64,000 nt of DNA, taken from the NCBI RefSeq assembly GCF_008831285.2, contig NC_045138.2, forward strand, positions 27,094,001-27,158,000, given 5' to 3'. How positions within the stretch are numbered: position 1 is the stretch's first letter; each line of letters opens with the position of its first letter. The stretch is from Nymphaea colorata. Taxonomy: Eukaryota. Shown here one piece after another: positions 13,054-26,307 of this stretch. Below the pieces are notes generated by a model, which was not told the origin of the DNA, searched no databases, and was given only the letters and a program-made list of their open reading frames with translations. A program made the translations under genes and the position numbers.

Positions 13054-15593
13054 TTCCATTTCGAAAGTATGAAAGCTAAAGGTATTTGGATTTGATTTGT
13101 GAATCCTTTTCTGGTGATAGGTGTGGCTTCTGCAGGTCTACCTATCATATTGGCCTTTAGGTTTTGGATTCTGGATGTTGTATATGTTGTGCTGATCTTC
13201 TATGAACCTGAATAGATAATCTTGCCCCATAGGTTTGTATTTAAATGGGCATCTCGTGGAATTTTCTACGTGATGATGATATCAGAACTATGTGGTCATT
13301 GCAGCTTTGTGCAACATCCACAGATGCTAACCTTCAAATAGGTGTGTCTCACTTGTGTCACTCCTGTACCCATGATCTTGGTAGCCATGGTTTATAGGCA
13401 CTTGATTTGCAGAACATGCACATCTGCAGAGCACAAATGTTCAGAAAACCAGTTGGTGGATCAAATGCAGGATGTGCAGAGTGTGCCTTCCTGCAGAAGG
13501 GTAAACATGGCCCAGAGTTTGTTCTTCCCATTCCTGGCATTCCCAGGAACTGGAATCACACACCCTCTTAACTCCTCGGGAACTACTGTTCATCTCAGAA
13601 ATTTTCTTGTCACATTTTCTTGTATGTACTGTGAACAAAGAAGTCAGCCTTCGTCGTATTTGGATTCTCAGAACTGCCTTGAAGACTTGTCTTCCTAGAC
13701 ATCACCATATTCCAGTTTGTCTTCGATCCAATTCCAAGGCTATTTTGATGCTTGAGTAGAAATTTCATCATCATCTCACATCAAATGTCTTCATTAATGT
13801 CTTCATTATGTTTCTAACAGTTTTAAATCTCATAGTGGGTTCCTGACAAGACATATAGGCACCTGAGACAAGAGGCTGAAAAGCGTTGGAGTTCATTTTT
13901 ATGGTTCAAATCTAACAATTTGCATAAGTGTCAAGGAGCTCCTGAATAATTGTCACATAATGCAATCATTTATTGCTATGCTTGCTGAAGACTGAGCAAG
14001 GACTGTCAATTTTTTTGATACGTTTGTTACATGTGAAAGACAGTGATCGACTTCTGCAGAAGTGCCTCATATAGTATTTGGTCTTCATTAAGCAACCTGG
14101 ATTCTTTCCGCTAAGAAATTTTGTTCTTTCTCTAGCCATGCAATGAGCATCATCTGGCTTTAGGGAGTGATAGTCTTTGACTGGTTATGGTAGTATGTTC
14201 ACCAAACGCATTGCATATGTATCTTTTCACATGTACTTCAGGCTTTGAATTCATATGAAATTTTAGTTACGAATCTCAAATTTATGACTATTAGTCCGAT
14301 TCATTATGCTTATTTACTCTGTCTTGCTTTTGAGTTCTTTAAATGCCCAATGTTAATTTTTATTTTATGGGTGCTCTCTTGAGTAGGGATTCAAAATCAC
14401 CAAACACAGTCAACAGCGGCCTATCCCTACATGGCAAGCAGTCACATCAAGCAGGTACCCAGCTGGACATTTCATGTCCAACCAGCAAAGCCTGGGCATC
14501 CAGCTTGCACAGCTTGGAAGAGATGCATCTGCAGCAGTGAGTTCCTTATCATCAGAACAACCTGCATCGTAGTAGATTGAATAAATTCTTGCTTATTTGG
14601 GTGGTAACATCAGTCATAGCTGAATTCCTTATCCAGGGTGCTGCTCGTCGCCTAAATGCACAAAAAAAGACTGTGGAGATCGAGTCAGTGGCTGAACACG
14701 GGAAACCTGAACCTGAACGAGGAACAGTTAGGAAGCATTTCCGCCTAGAGGTAAACAAGTTTCATGGAGTTTATAACTTATCCAAAATATTGCATGACTT
14801 GCTTCTCATTGGGAAAAGATAGGTGGTTACATGAAAAGAATTTTGCCAAGGCAATATTTCACATTTTTTGTTTAATGTACTTATTGACGAAATTATTCTT
14901 AGAAATCATGATATTTTTTTCTAGTTTCTCTCTATTTCAAGCATCATGTATTTTTTTAACTTTAAAGGACATGTAAGTGGATAGCTTGAGTGTCATGTCA
15001 TAACATAGTATTGGAATTTCTCCAGTTTGATGCATCTGCAGTCTTTCATTTTTGCCAGTTCCATTTCATCGACATGGTACTATGCTCTTTCTGTGTTACA
15101 GGACTTCCACTAGCTTAGATCATTTTTACAGTTAGTTCTACCAGGGATTTGCATAATTCCCACCGGGTTTCTGGTGCACATTTCTGTTAACATAATGCCC
15201 AACCGATAAATGTACCCAGAAATTCTATCACCACTGTAGGGTTTTTTTGCATTTGTCATTGTTGGATATTTGTGTAATTCAATTGAAACTGGAAATTGAG
15301 TTGCAAGCTCATTAGTTTCTGAATGTAGTTTGTTGAGAAGGAACAAGTAGATGGTGAAGAAAATCTCGATTTCAGGGCCGTTGAGAATGGCTTTGTGAGT
15401 TTTCATTTTCATTTTTCTCTTTTCTTTTTTTCGTTTGAATGCTGCTCCTAGCTCCTCGATTAAGAATTTTATGTTTTTACAGATATCAGTGACTCCTTTA
15501 GAGCTGCTGGTGCAGTGTGAGCCAGAAACACAGACTTCTGCATCAGAATGGCTTGCTGCCGCATTGGTTGCTGATGATGTGCAAGCATCATAA
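9927..15593 (+). CDS. SurE-like (survival protein E) phosphatase/5'-nucleotidase family protein; 10 exons: 9927-10204, 10321-10415, 10772-10839, 10946-10989, 11220-11297, 11387-11540, 14387-14536, 14637-14750, 15329-15394, 15483-15593
   Basis: All introns are GT-AG and the frame stays open across every junction. SurE motifs: IVLVTSGDGIESPGL, VCAPETDKSLSGHSLT, VSGTPADC, VISGINKG, FYSGSVAGAREA, LLNIEVP, DFRAVENGFISVTPL. Confidence 0.93.
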
Positions 15594-16802
15594 CACAGTG
15601 CCTAATTATTGTGTATAAATTAAAGGCATATATATAATCAAGGGAAGGGGTTTTTTTAATTGATCTTCCTTTTTTCATTTATTTAGATGCCAATGTATGT
15701 TTTTCTTTTTTCTTTTCTGTTTTTCTTCTCCATTTATGTTTTTTCTCATGTATTTTAGAGAATGAAATGCTTGGTTTGTCTTCATGGTTTTTGAGATGGA
15801 TTTCAATTTTTGAATCTATATCATTTGGAAATGCCTACTGATAACCGTGAGGATTGCTTGGGGTTGTACTTGGAGCAAAAATATATAGTATTTGCTTTGC
15901 CTTTTATGATATTTTTGTTCTGATTTTGCATGCATCTATTTTCTTGATAGAGAAAAGCAGAACCATGGCTAACTTTCAGGTAATGTTTTGAACAAAGAAA
16001 TTTTTGAAACGGCACTTCATACTTCTGGCAATAATCAAAACACGCCTGATTTTTTTTGCTGCAAACAAGAAGTATATTCACGTAAAATCAACCTGCGGAT
16101 GAATCCAAGTTCAGTTAGCCAAGTGAGCGACATATTATAGCAAAAAGTGACTCGTGCTCATTTTGCTCATCAACTTCTTATCTATACCTAACCCTGTTAG
16201 TTCATATTTAATTATATTCAGGTTAGTTTACTTTGTTGAAATGTATCTAATTACACTCTCTTAATAATACCAAAAAGTTTTTTCTATTATCGGCAAATGT
16301 TTTTTATTCACAATTTCTTCCCTTCTAGCTAATTTAACTGAACCACATATTGCAGTAAGATATTAATTAATGAATTAATCACGCAACATCCATCTCTCCC
16401 AGCCAAAATTTTCTTTCCACGTTCAGGAATAGTAAGAATAACTAATTCAAAGAATCTCTGGATTCCCGTAGTGAAGTAATTGACTTATTAATGATAAACT
16501 AACTTATTATACAGTTTGCGCTGCATTGAACAGTTCATGCAAGAGCTTCTGCGAATCGAACTCTCAGGAAAGTTCGCTATTCGCTGCTGCTTGCAGCTAT
16601 CAGTTCTTTCCTCCTTTCCTGAAGGGCAAAAGTTAAAAGCTTTCTACTCATTTAACAGCCAACCTGGTGCCAAGTAATTCATGGCTTTTTTCTAGCATTC
16701 ATAAAGGAGGGTCTTTCAATGGACACTTACGTGCTCGTCCATGGCTTCATCTAATTGATAAGATTGAAAGAGAGAGAGAGAGATAGAGATCTAATTGATA
16801 AG

Positions 16803-16836
<34 letters not shown>

Positions 16837-18584
16837 AATGACGAATTCTCTAATCGGCACAAAACATCCATGGAAAGAAGTCGGACCCTTCTGAATTCAG
16901 GAACAAGCTAAGGTCCATTTGATGTGCATGGAGAAAAAACTTGAATTTCTGGGAAAAATTTCTGCAAACGGGACAATAGAGATTGGAGTCATGAGGACAT
17001 TTTTTATTCAATTATCCAATTCAGGTTTGATCTCAATTAGATAAGAGAACTGAAATCTGATTTCCAATTTAACTAGTCCTCGGGATAAAATATCTTTTCT
17101 GAATTCAGTGGGTGGGACTGCAGGATGGCAAGGTTGAAACTTAATATATGTGCTTTCAACCTAGCATCCTTCACAACTCCTCCTGTCATTTGCTCTCCTC
17201 CGCCTCATGTGTTTCCTGAAATTCTAAACCATCAAGAGCATAACACCCAGGCAGAGCCAGAAATTTATCATGAGTGAGAACAGAAGTATAGTTTCAAACC
17301 CAATAATCACACCATTACAAGAAAGGAAATCCGAAACAACACTTAAAGCATTATTGGTCTTAGAAGTACAATTGCATCAGCATCGTGCTATTCCATTGCG
17401 GCATTCATGGTCTACTGAGGTTGAGATGCGACGACGACAACTGTCATTGCACCTACATCCGCACCCGCACCCGCACCCGCATCCCCTCACCAGTTGGTTG
17501 GTGATCCCCGCACTTGGGTGAGTTGGGCAACCGTCATTTCGCAAGTCAATGGTCTTCTTTTTGCCACGCAGCAGCGAAACCAGTCCAGTCGGACCCCACC
17601 ACCTGTCTCCTCTTGTTTGGGGGGAGACGTAAGCCAACACCTCCCCATTGACCAGTGCATCGGTGCCGTCCATCTCGATTTCAATGAGTCGTAGGATTTC
17701 ATCGGTTGCATTTCTGTTCCTTAACTTTAGTGACATGAAAAAGTATTTTGCTTACTACAAGTAACAGTAAAAAGTAGTTAATTGTTTTACAGTCTTTGTC
17801 AGATGGATTTCACCAGGCTCAAAAAAAAGTGAACCTCTTGCGAAGTTACCATGGTGGTCAAAGGTACTGAATATCATCAAATATGACATTAACAGCGGGT
17901 CGGGTCTAAATAGGAAGATAAGATCAGATCCATTTACAAGCCCGGCGGGCTCCAAAGGATTTTAAGTTTTTTTTTTTGGTGTGAAACGGCAGACAAGAAG
18001 CTTTAACCCCCGTCAAAGTAACTTCCTCTGGGTCCACGTGGTTGCTCCTGGACCGCTCATCCAGTCTTCCCACCCCATCTTGAGATTCTTTTTCACGTGG
18101 AAAGCTGTGATTGGATGGCTTGTACAACACCGAAAGGTCTCCAGGTAGGTCCCGGGTTCGAGTCTCCAGGCTGTCCCGATGCCCTCCAATTTGCGTGCGA
18201 TTAAAAAAACAAAGAAAGAAAGCCAAAAGCGAAAGGGGACGGAGAATGATGAGGGTGGTGACGTTGCGTACGGGAGCTTTCATTCGGATGCCAATGGATC
18301 CGATCCCAGATTTGAGTACGAACGAAAGTATGAATTTCGTAATCAAATGTTAAAATTTTTAAACTGTTTGGTCAAGTGAGATCTATTAACAACATCCCTA
18401 TCTATCATCCACGTCCAGCCTCAGCTAGCTCTGATATTAGTCTTTTTTGGATCTCGGACCATATCAAAAAATACTGCAATCGCTTTATCATCTCAGCCCG
18501 ATCCAGATTCTCGATCCAACAGTAAAAGGCACCAAAGATTTAAGAACCGTAAAAAGATGCCGATCCGATTCCTGTTTCCAGGAA

Positions 18585-18820
18585 GACCCCACGTCACGGG
18601 GGGCCCGAGAATGACGTCAGGGGGACCATGGGTGACGTGGCGCCAAATGGAGAACAGCCCGCCGCTACAGAAGGAGCCTGGCGGGCCCCACGGTGCACCA
18701 TACTCTCGTCATCCAACCGCGTGACGCCACGATGACGTCGTCGCCACGTCATCGCCCATGTGATTCCCCCCCCTCCCTCTTATTAGCATCGCCCAAAGAA
18801 CATCCCCGCAGCTGACGAGG
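18585..18820 (+). promoter_or_regulatory. Cluster of TGACG / as-1-like / ACGT-core bZIP sites upstream of the glutaredoxin
   Basis: Eight TGACG cores on either strand: CCACGTCA 18589-18596, TGACGTCA 18612-18619, TGACGTGG 18633-18640, CGTCA 18707-18711, TGACG 18722, TGACGTCG 18733, CCACGTCA 18744-18751, TGACG 18813. Confidence 0.7.
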
Positions 18821-18894
18821 TCCTCACGCTCACGCACAACACACTCTCGGTCTCCGGCCACTTTGTCTCCCTTAGGCCGGAATCCGGCGACGCG

Positions 18895-19326
18895 ATGATG
18901 CATGGGCTGCGCTGCGAGCGGCTCTCCGACCCCATAGGCAGCCTCCGCCTCCCCGCTGCTGCCACGGTGCCGCCGCCCCCACCGCCCACCCTGTCGATCA
19001 ACATCGCCGTCGAGTCGCCCGACAAGCGCGTCTGGCGGCTGATCTCCGAGAACCCGGTCGTGATCTTCAGCCGCGCCGCCTGCTGCCTCTGCCACGTGGT
19101 CAAGCGGCTGCTCGCCACCCTGGGGGTGCACCCAACTGTGGTGGAGCTGGACGACAAGGAGGCCGAGGCCGCGACGGTGCTGTTCGGCGGCGTGCCGCTG
19201 GGGCAGATGGCGCCGGCGGTCTTCATCGGCGGCAGCCTGGTCGGCGGCGTGGAAAGCCTCATGGCCCTCCACCTCAGCGGCCAGCTGGTGCCCAAGTTAA
19301 GCGAAGCGGGCGCCGCTTGGATGTAA
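18895..19326 (+). CDS. CC-type glutaredoxin (ROXY family; resembles the GRXC6/ROXY21-type subgroup), single exon, 143 aa
   Basis: GC-rich intronless ORF: RLISENPVVIFSRAACCLCHVVKRLL (CCLC active site), PAVFIGG..VGG, LMALHLSGQLVPKL, and a C-terminal AAWM variant of the ALWL motif. Confidence 0.95.
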   Translation: MMHGLRCERLSDPIGSLRLPAAATVPPPPPPTLSINIAVESPDKRVWRLISENPVVIFSRAACCLCHVVKRLLATLGVHPTVVELDDKEAEAATVLFGGVPLGQMAPAVFIGGSLVGGVESLMALHLSGQLVPKLSEAGAAWM

Positions 19327-20047
19327 GTTCGAAAAGTGTAACAAAGATTAGGATTTTCGTGATCTTGGGGAGCTTTCCCCTCCTGCCGCTTTTTAGATCC
19401 CTCCTGTTGCTTGCCCAAATATCAGTAAATTATGAGTCTGTACATGAAAATAGACATACAAGTATGGAGCAAGTCTTATATATATATATATATATATGGA
19501 ACGTTCGTTTTGTTTTTCTCTTCTTCAGTTCTGTATCGACCTCTGTTACAGAAGAGTTTGATCTGCGAATCTTCTCATTAGAAAAGCAGAGTAAGACGCT
19601 AAATTTCGGTCTCTCTTTCTTTCTCATCAAAGAAGACACCATAGAAACGTTAACAATCATGATACTATAAAGACAGTTTCACCAAAAGGTTGACATAAGT
19701 TCGGCCGATGGTAGCGAAGTTTAGTTTAAAATATCGTCTTTCTTTTTGCAATGTCACGAATACTTGCCACAGCAATATCAACTAAGAAATAGTCTTTTCT
19801 TCTCCACCTCCCTTTCATAGTAAACCAAAGCCAGCGTTTGGTCTCCCACAGAATTGTATATAAAAAATTTGTGAATCTGTCGGCTTCTTCACTTTTATTA
19901 GTTACTCAACACTGAACTTGCTTACATGGGCGTTATCTTATTATTTTTATTAGATACCCATCGTCATATTCTTCCGCTCCAAATCTAAATGCACTAATTC
20001 CTAAATAAATACCCGTAGTTGCGTATACAGGACAGATACACAAGTCA

Positions 20048-20054
<7 letters not shown>

Positions 20055-20133
<79 letters not shown>
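20055..20133. repeat. (TA)n microsatellite, about 78 bp
   Basis: Uninterrupted TA run. Confidence 0.97.
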
Positions 20134-20136
<3 letters not shown>

Positions 20137-20864
20137 TGTGTACAAGCCATGTAAATACTAACTTGTTAGTGTTTGGAGCTTTTAAAATTGAATGGTGATA
20201 TGATGATATCATTAATATATTATTAAGATAAGAAAGTGGAGATCTTACTTTCTTCATTTGATTATTGGAGGGTTAACCGTCCACAATTGGGATGGACGGT
20301 GGTAGTTACTCTAGAATATTGCCACATGCAGCACCGAGGACATGATATGACTCGTGATGTTGATGACGGGAATGTTTTGTATTCAAGCTCAAATATATGC
20401 ATATGGTAAGTTATTATACGACTGTGACAAAGGTTATTTTGGTCATTTTGGTTGGAGAGAGGATGATAATGGAAGAGAGGTCACGTCATATCGTTGTGCA
20501 TTGGAGGGACAACTTTGGAAAGTGAGGATCTTTTTCTTTTTTATTTTATTTTCATTTTATTTTTATTTCTCCTTATTGGTAAAATCCAACGCGAAAGCCA
20601 GTCGTGGTCAAAACAAATAATTGGTTGCACTTTGGAATAAAGGCAAGAACAGAAGATGGTAGTGTTTGAATCCATGGTAGTGTTTGAATCCAAGGGAAAG
20701 GGAAAATATTTATGAAACTGTAAACCATATGGGCGGAGCGGTATTGTTTAAGCAACCTTAAAAACACTATGTATTTTGTGACACAAACCTTGCCATTTTG
20801 GCACATCACAAACTCAGTTACTTTTATAGCAGCAATGTTTGTATTGATTTAATATTTGGAATCG

Positions 20865-20901
<37 letters not shown>

Positions 20902-23900
20902 GACTATGCACAAGTAACATATTCTGGGATATTAAGACCATTTGAAATTTCTTATCATGAAGATTTACATGTCTAACTCTTAATTAGTTAAGTAGTTGGA
21001 GCTCTTGTTTAACTCATGACGATGATCTCTCCTTGGTCACACAAGAGGTTTTTGCTGTCCAAGTACATGCCAAGCCATATGTACCACCAAATATTGACCT
21101 AGAAGAAAAGATTCCTTCGCTTTGAGAAAAGCTCATATTTTGGTGGCTGTCGGTAATCTTGATAATGCACCTTTTGGCGTTAGGAGGAGTCCATTTGAAA
21201 CTCTAATATGGAGGTCATATTCACGTGGATAGATTATTATAATCTTTTGCCTAGAAATTTCTATCAGCAGCTACAAAACAAAGATGATAATGTAGCTTTG
21301 TGCATATTGATGTCATTATGGTTGCATTTCTATTAAAGTTGACGCCTAACTAAGCCTAACTAAATGTTTTAGCTTCTAGTCCTCGAGGGGTTGGTGCAAT
21401 GGATAGGGTAGTGACTGGTACACAGTTAATTTTCGCTTCTAGCTCATGGGACATGATAGAAGTAAAAGAGAGAGAGAGAAAGGAGGGAAATAGACCAATA
21501 TACTAGTTGAAGCATAACATTGCGTCATCTTGAGATACTGAAAGTAGGTCTGATACTCCTAAAGAGATGGAAAAAAGGGTGGGGGCTTCTGCTTTTTTGT
21601 TGCGCAGTAGGAAGAATACTCCTCTTGTCACCCAACTAGGTGTTTTAGCTTCTTGAAAGTTCCTTGCAACAAAAACCAAAAAACAGTTCGTAATGTTATG
21701 TAATCCAGCTTTTTCACAATCAACATGACCCTAGGCCAAAGGATAGCTTTCATTGCCACAGTGCCCATTTCATTCCAAGCCTCGATTTCCATGTTTTCAC
21801 AAAGGACCTCGCACATTTTCACTGTTTGGAGAGCTGAAAAAGCATGACACAGTTTCTGCAACAACTCTAGCTCCTCTTGATCGCTTCTGGCCCCATCATT
21901 TCATGGCCCCAGAAAGGAGATTACCTTATCCAAGTTCCACTTCTTCTGTCTAATACTTCCTGTCAGGCACAACTTTTTATCATGTCGTCAATAAAGACCA
22001 AACTGCAAGAATTGCCACTTAAAAAAGCTTTCTAAATCTTCTTTCCCACCCCTCATTATGAAAGCAAGTGATCGCCCTTTCCCTGGCTTCGAAAAGAAAG
22101 GCCAAAGAGTACTTGTGTTATTTGTGTCATGTTTAACTTTATGATGATGCATTAATTAGCTCCCTCAAATGGTTTATTCTTGATACAAATATCAAGTTGC
22201 TAAGAACCTGGGCCTGTATTTGGGAATTCTGAAAAAGAGTGACCTCTCTTTAGGATTATAGCAAAATGGCATGTTTACTCCTGGTGGAAATCTGGGGTGA
22301 ACTAAGAGGACAATCTCACTGCACCAGTGAAAGCCGAAGCCTATCCTCTCCCCTCTTTCCTCTTACCTCCAAGGTTCGGGGTTGCATTGGTGCTTGGTAA
22401 GACATCCGCGTATGTCAGCTTGTATACTGGTCCCGCCTTATTAGCACAAGGATGATTAAGCCTTGAGCCTATGCCACTTGAACCAATGACTGCAAGCTTA
22501 CCAGCCACTAGTTCCAGCGATGTGCCGAACCCCATTCCAGCTACTCTCATTGGAGATTTCATTTTCATTTTAAAAGCATCTTCATTGGCTTTGCTTGGTG
22601 AGACTTAACATTCACCTAATTGGCTTCTTTGATTTTCAAATTACAAAATTATTGGTCAGGCATTGGCCACCTCCTTGACACCAGCTATCTGATGGGCACT
22701 TGCCATTACCATGTGAATTTAATAAATGCATTGATCTTTATATATAAATGAAGGGCTCAAGTCAAAGGGAGAGACCCAATAGCTTCTCATTTGCAAATAA
22801 ATAATGACCATGATCATGATGCCTTTTGCTAGGTGGGTGTTTCTTTAGAGCATTTAATATTGGGAAATGAAGGGAATAGCACATGAGGTGCATGTCCTTG
22901 ATGTAAGACAAAAAAAAAAAGTAGTAAGATTGGTCTAGGAGATGTGATTGCATGGGTTTTCTAGAGTCATGAATGAGCAAACTATTCGCCCTCAATGGGT
23001 ATAGCATAGGTGGCTTGATTTTTGCAGGTGGTATACTTGCTCCCATACAGTAATGAGATGGAGTATCGTACCAGGAGTGAGGCTTCACCAGAAAATGAGC
23101 AAACTGGTAATAAAATGGAGATAACTACATCTTCTGCTTCATTGTCTTCAATGAATGATGTAATGAATAGGAGCACTTGGAGAAAAGGATCTGCAGCTTA
23201 TGAATTTCTTCAAGTGGGGCTAAAAGAGTTTTCTTGTGACTGCTTGACATGGCGCTGGTCTTATATATCATTAACTAAACTTAATCAAATAATTAACGTT
23301 CATTTTAAATTTAAGAAAATAATAAGTAATCCTGTTTTTTTAATGAATAAACACATTTATAGACTCCGAAATCTATAAATTTCCTTCATGAAATAAAGTT
23401 CGCAATTTGACATAAACCTTGTAGAGCCAATTAAGAAAGTGAAAAAAATTGCATGAAGGGCAAAAGCTTAAACCCCAAATAGATTTTTTCCGTTGTTCTT
23501 TCTTCCAGGAGTAACAGGGAAAGCAGCTTCTCTTTCCTCATCCTCATGATCCCTTGTTGAAGCCCTTGTGCTTAGCCTTAATCTAGTGAAAAAAGTTACG
23601 GCCGTGATCTTGGTAACCTAGAAGTTCTTTAAAACTAGAGAAATGGTAAAGTATTAAAAGCTAGTTAAAATGTTATGCATTGCACTCTTAAATTGGCCAC
23701 CAAATTGAATCCGCCGATTACATTCAAATTGGCGGCTTCTGAAAACAGTGCTGCCATTGCAGCATCACCAAGGAAGGTTGCAGTGTCACTCAAAAAAATG
23801 ACTGTTGACAGCGACAATTCACCCACATGAGATTTTTATCGTTCCTCGAGTTTCTTATCATAAGGTGGCAGAATTGCCTGTGATTGTAAAGCGATTCCTC

Positions 23901-26267
23901 AGTCGTCTTCTCCCTGTCCCGTTAGGCCCCACAGCAAAGCCGAAGTCTGAACAAAGTCTCTCTCTTGTTTTCACTTTTTTTTCTGAAGTTACATGAGTTG
24001 GACCTTGTGGGTAGAGAATGTTTTGACTGCTGAAGCCTGGCAAGTGGAAGGTGAAACTGAAAGCACTGAAGTTGATCATGCGCTACTATGTGTCACAAAA
24101 TTAAGCTGTCTCCGTCTCTGTAACCCGAGTAGATCGTATTTATAAAGTTTGAAATCTTAGTTTTCCATTACTCTTTTCCTAGTTGCCTGTATTAAAATAG
24201 ATCTGCCCGAATTCCAGTTTATCAGAAAACAGAACAAGGTAAGAGAGCAGTACCTCTGTAAACCATGGAAAAGCTCGCGTCACATGTTTATACCCTGTTT
24301 TCCATATACTGTGCTGGAATTTGTTTTGTTCTGGCACTCGATATGCACGTGCATATCCCATTCTCAATAACATGTGTTGCAGCGACCTTGTTTTCGCTGC
24401 AGTTTCCGACGACATGAGCGACATACCGACGTAGACTCATATCTCTACTTCAAAAAATTAAAAGACAAATATTTCCCTCCTGTCTCTTGAAAAAGTAGTT
24501 TGAAAAGGTTTGGAGAGAAAGAATTCTTGCTGTTAGAGTGAAGAACGGAGCAACCATGGCAAACAAGAATCCAATTGATTTTGAGATATCAAGGTTTGGC
24601 AGATATAGCAAGAGACAAACAGTGCCAAATTATGCAAGAGATTTCCCGCTTTTATTCATGACCTGTTTGATTTGATCCAAGATTTCTCCCTGTTAAGTTC
24701 AGTACGCGCTACACAGGTAGAGCTGCCAGCTTTTCACTGTTTTCCCAAGCTAAATTTGGAGTGCATGTTCGAATCGGTGATTCAACCAATGCCCGCAGTT
24801 GGAGTATGAAAATCGCAAAAGAGAAGCAAGACTTTTTAATTGCAACATCACTACTTTCAATTCGTTACGTTGCAGTATAAAAAATTTCTTTGCTTTGTCT
24901 TTCTAGACAGGATCTTTCTGTGTGTGTCCTTGGCACTTCGTCCAGAAGGTCATCAGGGCTTTGTTTATTTCGTAGAGAGCTTCATTAGATGATGGCTTAA
25001 TGGATGTCACAAGTTCCAGATCTGAACAACAATTTCCTCCCTTATTACAACAGTTCTTTGGCCTGCCAAGTGGGCTTCAGATAGTTCAAAGATTACAGAC
25101 CTGTTCATAATTGTATATCTTCATCAAGTATGCGGAGATGAACAGGTTGCATTATCTACAACAGATATTAGCCATTCTATCCTAAGATAGTAACAGGATA
25201 GTAACCTACAGTGAAGAATGTCCTGCCATTCTGAACCTCTTCACCCGTGTTTGAAAGGGTCCAACACGTAAACGAAGAATGTCTTGTGATTGGGGATAAC
25301 CTTATGGTAGAAGCAACCATTGTACAGAAATGTTTCTTTTGACAGGTCTACTGAAAGTTGGTCTGTTTGATTCTGTAGATTTTTTAATATGACTGTTACT
25401 GATCTGCATGCGAAAGATGCCCGTATCTACTGCCTGTGGAGTACAGCATTTGGCTTGTTCTTTCTCTGTAGCAAGTCTGGGTGGATTATCAACTCGGAAT
25501 TTTTGGTAATATCCACACGTAGCGCACAAGTTTGCTTAGGGCATATTATCCATGACTACATTATTTTGATTTCTCAGTACTCAAGGTCCTTACTAAATTT
25601 GGCTCCTGCAGATCAAAGCACTCGCAAAGGAGGTGTGGATTGTAAACTGTGTTCAATTGTCACCAAACACGCTAATTTGGTTTCTGGAATGGACGGTGAG
25701 ACTTGTGAGACACATGATTGAAGACAAGTGCCTTCATTGGAAATCAGTTGGGATTGGTGAAGAACTGAGAAGCTTAGATTAGAGAAAATGTGTTCACAAC
25801 CGAAGGACACATAATTTTGCGGTAGAGAAACTTGCATGCCTTGGTTTAAGGATTAATAAATAGCCAATTTAGCGCCCCAAGGGCATACAATAGATAGTCG
25901 TTAGAGGCCTATTTAAGGTAGGTCTATAGTTTGATTCCTATAGATGTCATGTTCTTGCATCTTTATTGATGGGGTACAATATCTAAGTTGAAGGGTACAC
26001 TACTACCATCGCGGCAGTTCAAAACTACGGATGTAGAAGGAATGGTGCATTCTTTCTAGACAATGGGTTGTAAACCTCGCTCACACGGAACCTGAATTTG
26101 GAAGGAACAAACCTCTAAACTGCTTTCTCCTCATAGCCTGCCTAGCTCAATCTAGCCCATATAGATATGATATATGGAGATAGAGGGAGAGAGATCTAGA
26201 GAGATGATTTGACACCTCTGGTTGGTAAGCTGCCTAACCAGATCTAGCCACACACAAGAGAGAGAGA

Positions 26268-26307
<40 letters not shown>

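Noticed and set aside
13250..14100. Coding-like composition inside SurE intron 6
   Set aside because: The frames I read have multiple stops or no recognisable motif. It may be a decayed insertion, but I cannot assign it.
18709..19418. Long antisense ORFs (187 and 211 aa) over the glutaredoxin
   Set aside because: Shadow ORFs of a GC-rich coding sequence with no recognisable domain.
20950..23250. Possible decayed LINE/RNase H pieces (FKWTPP-like translation near 21190 on -) and an ORF at 23022
   Set aside because: Only a short motif; too degenerate to support a call.
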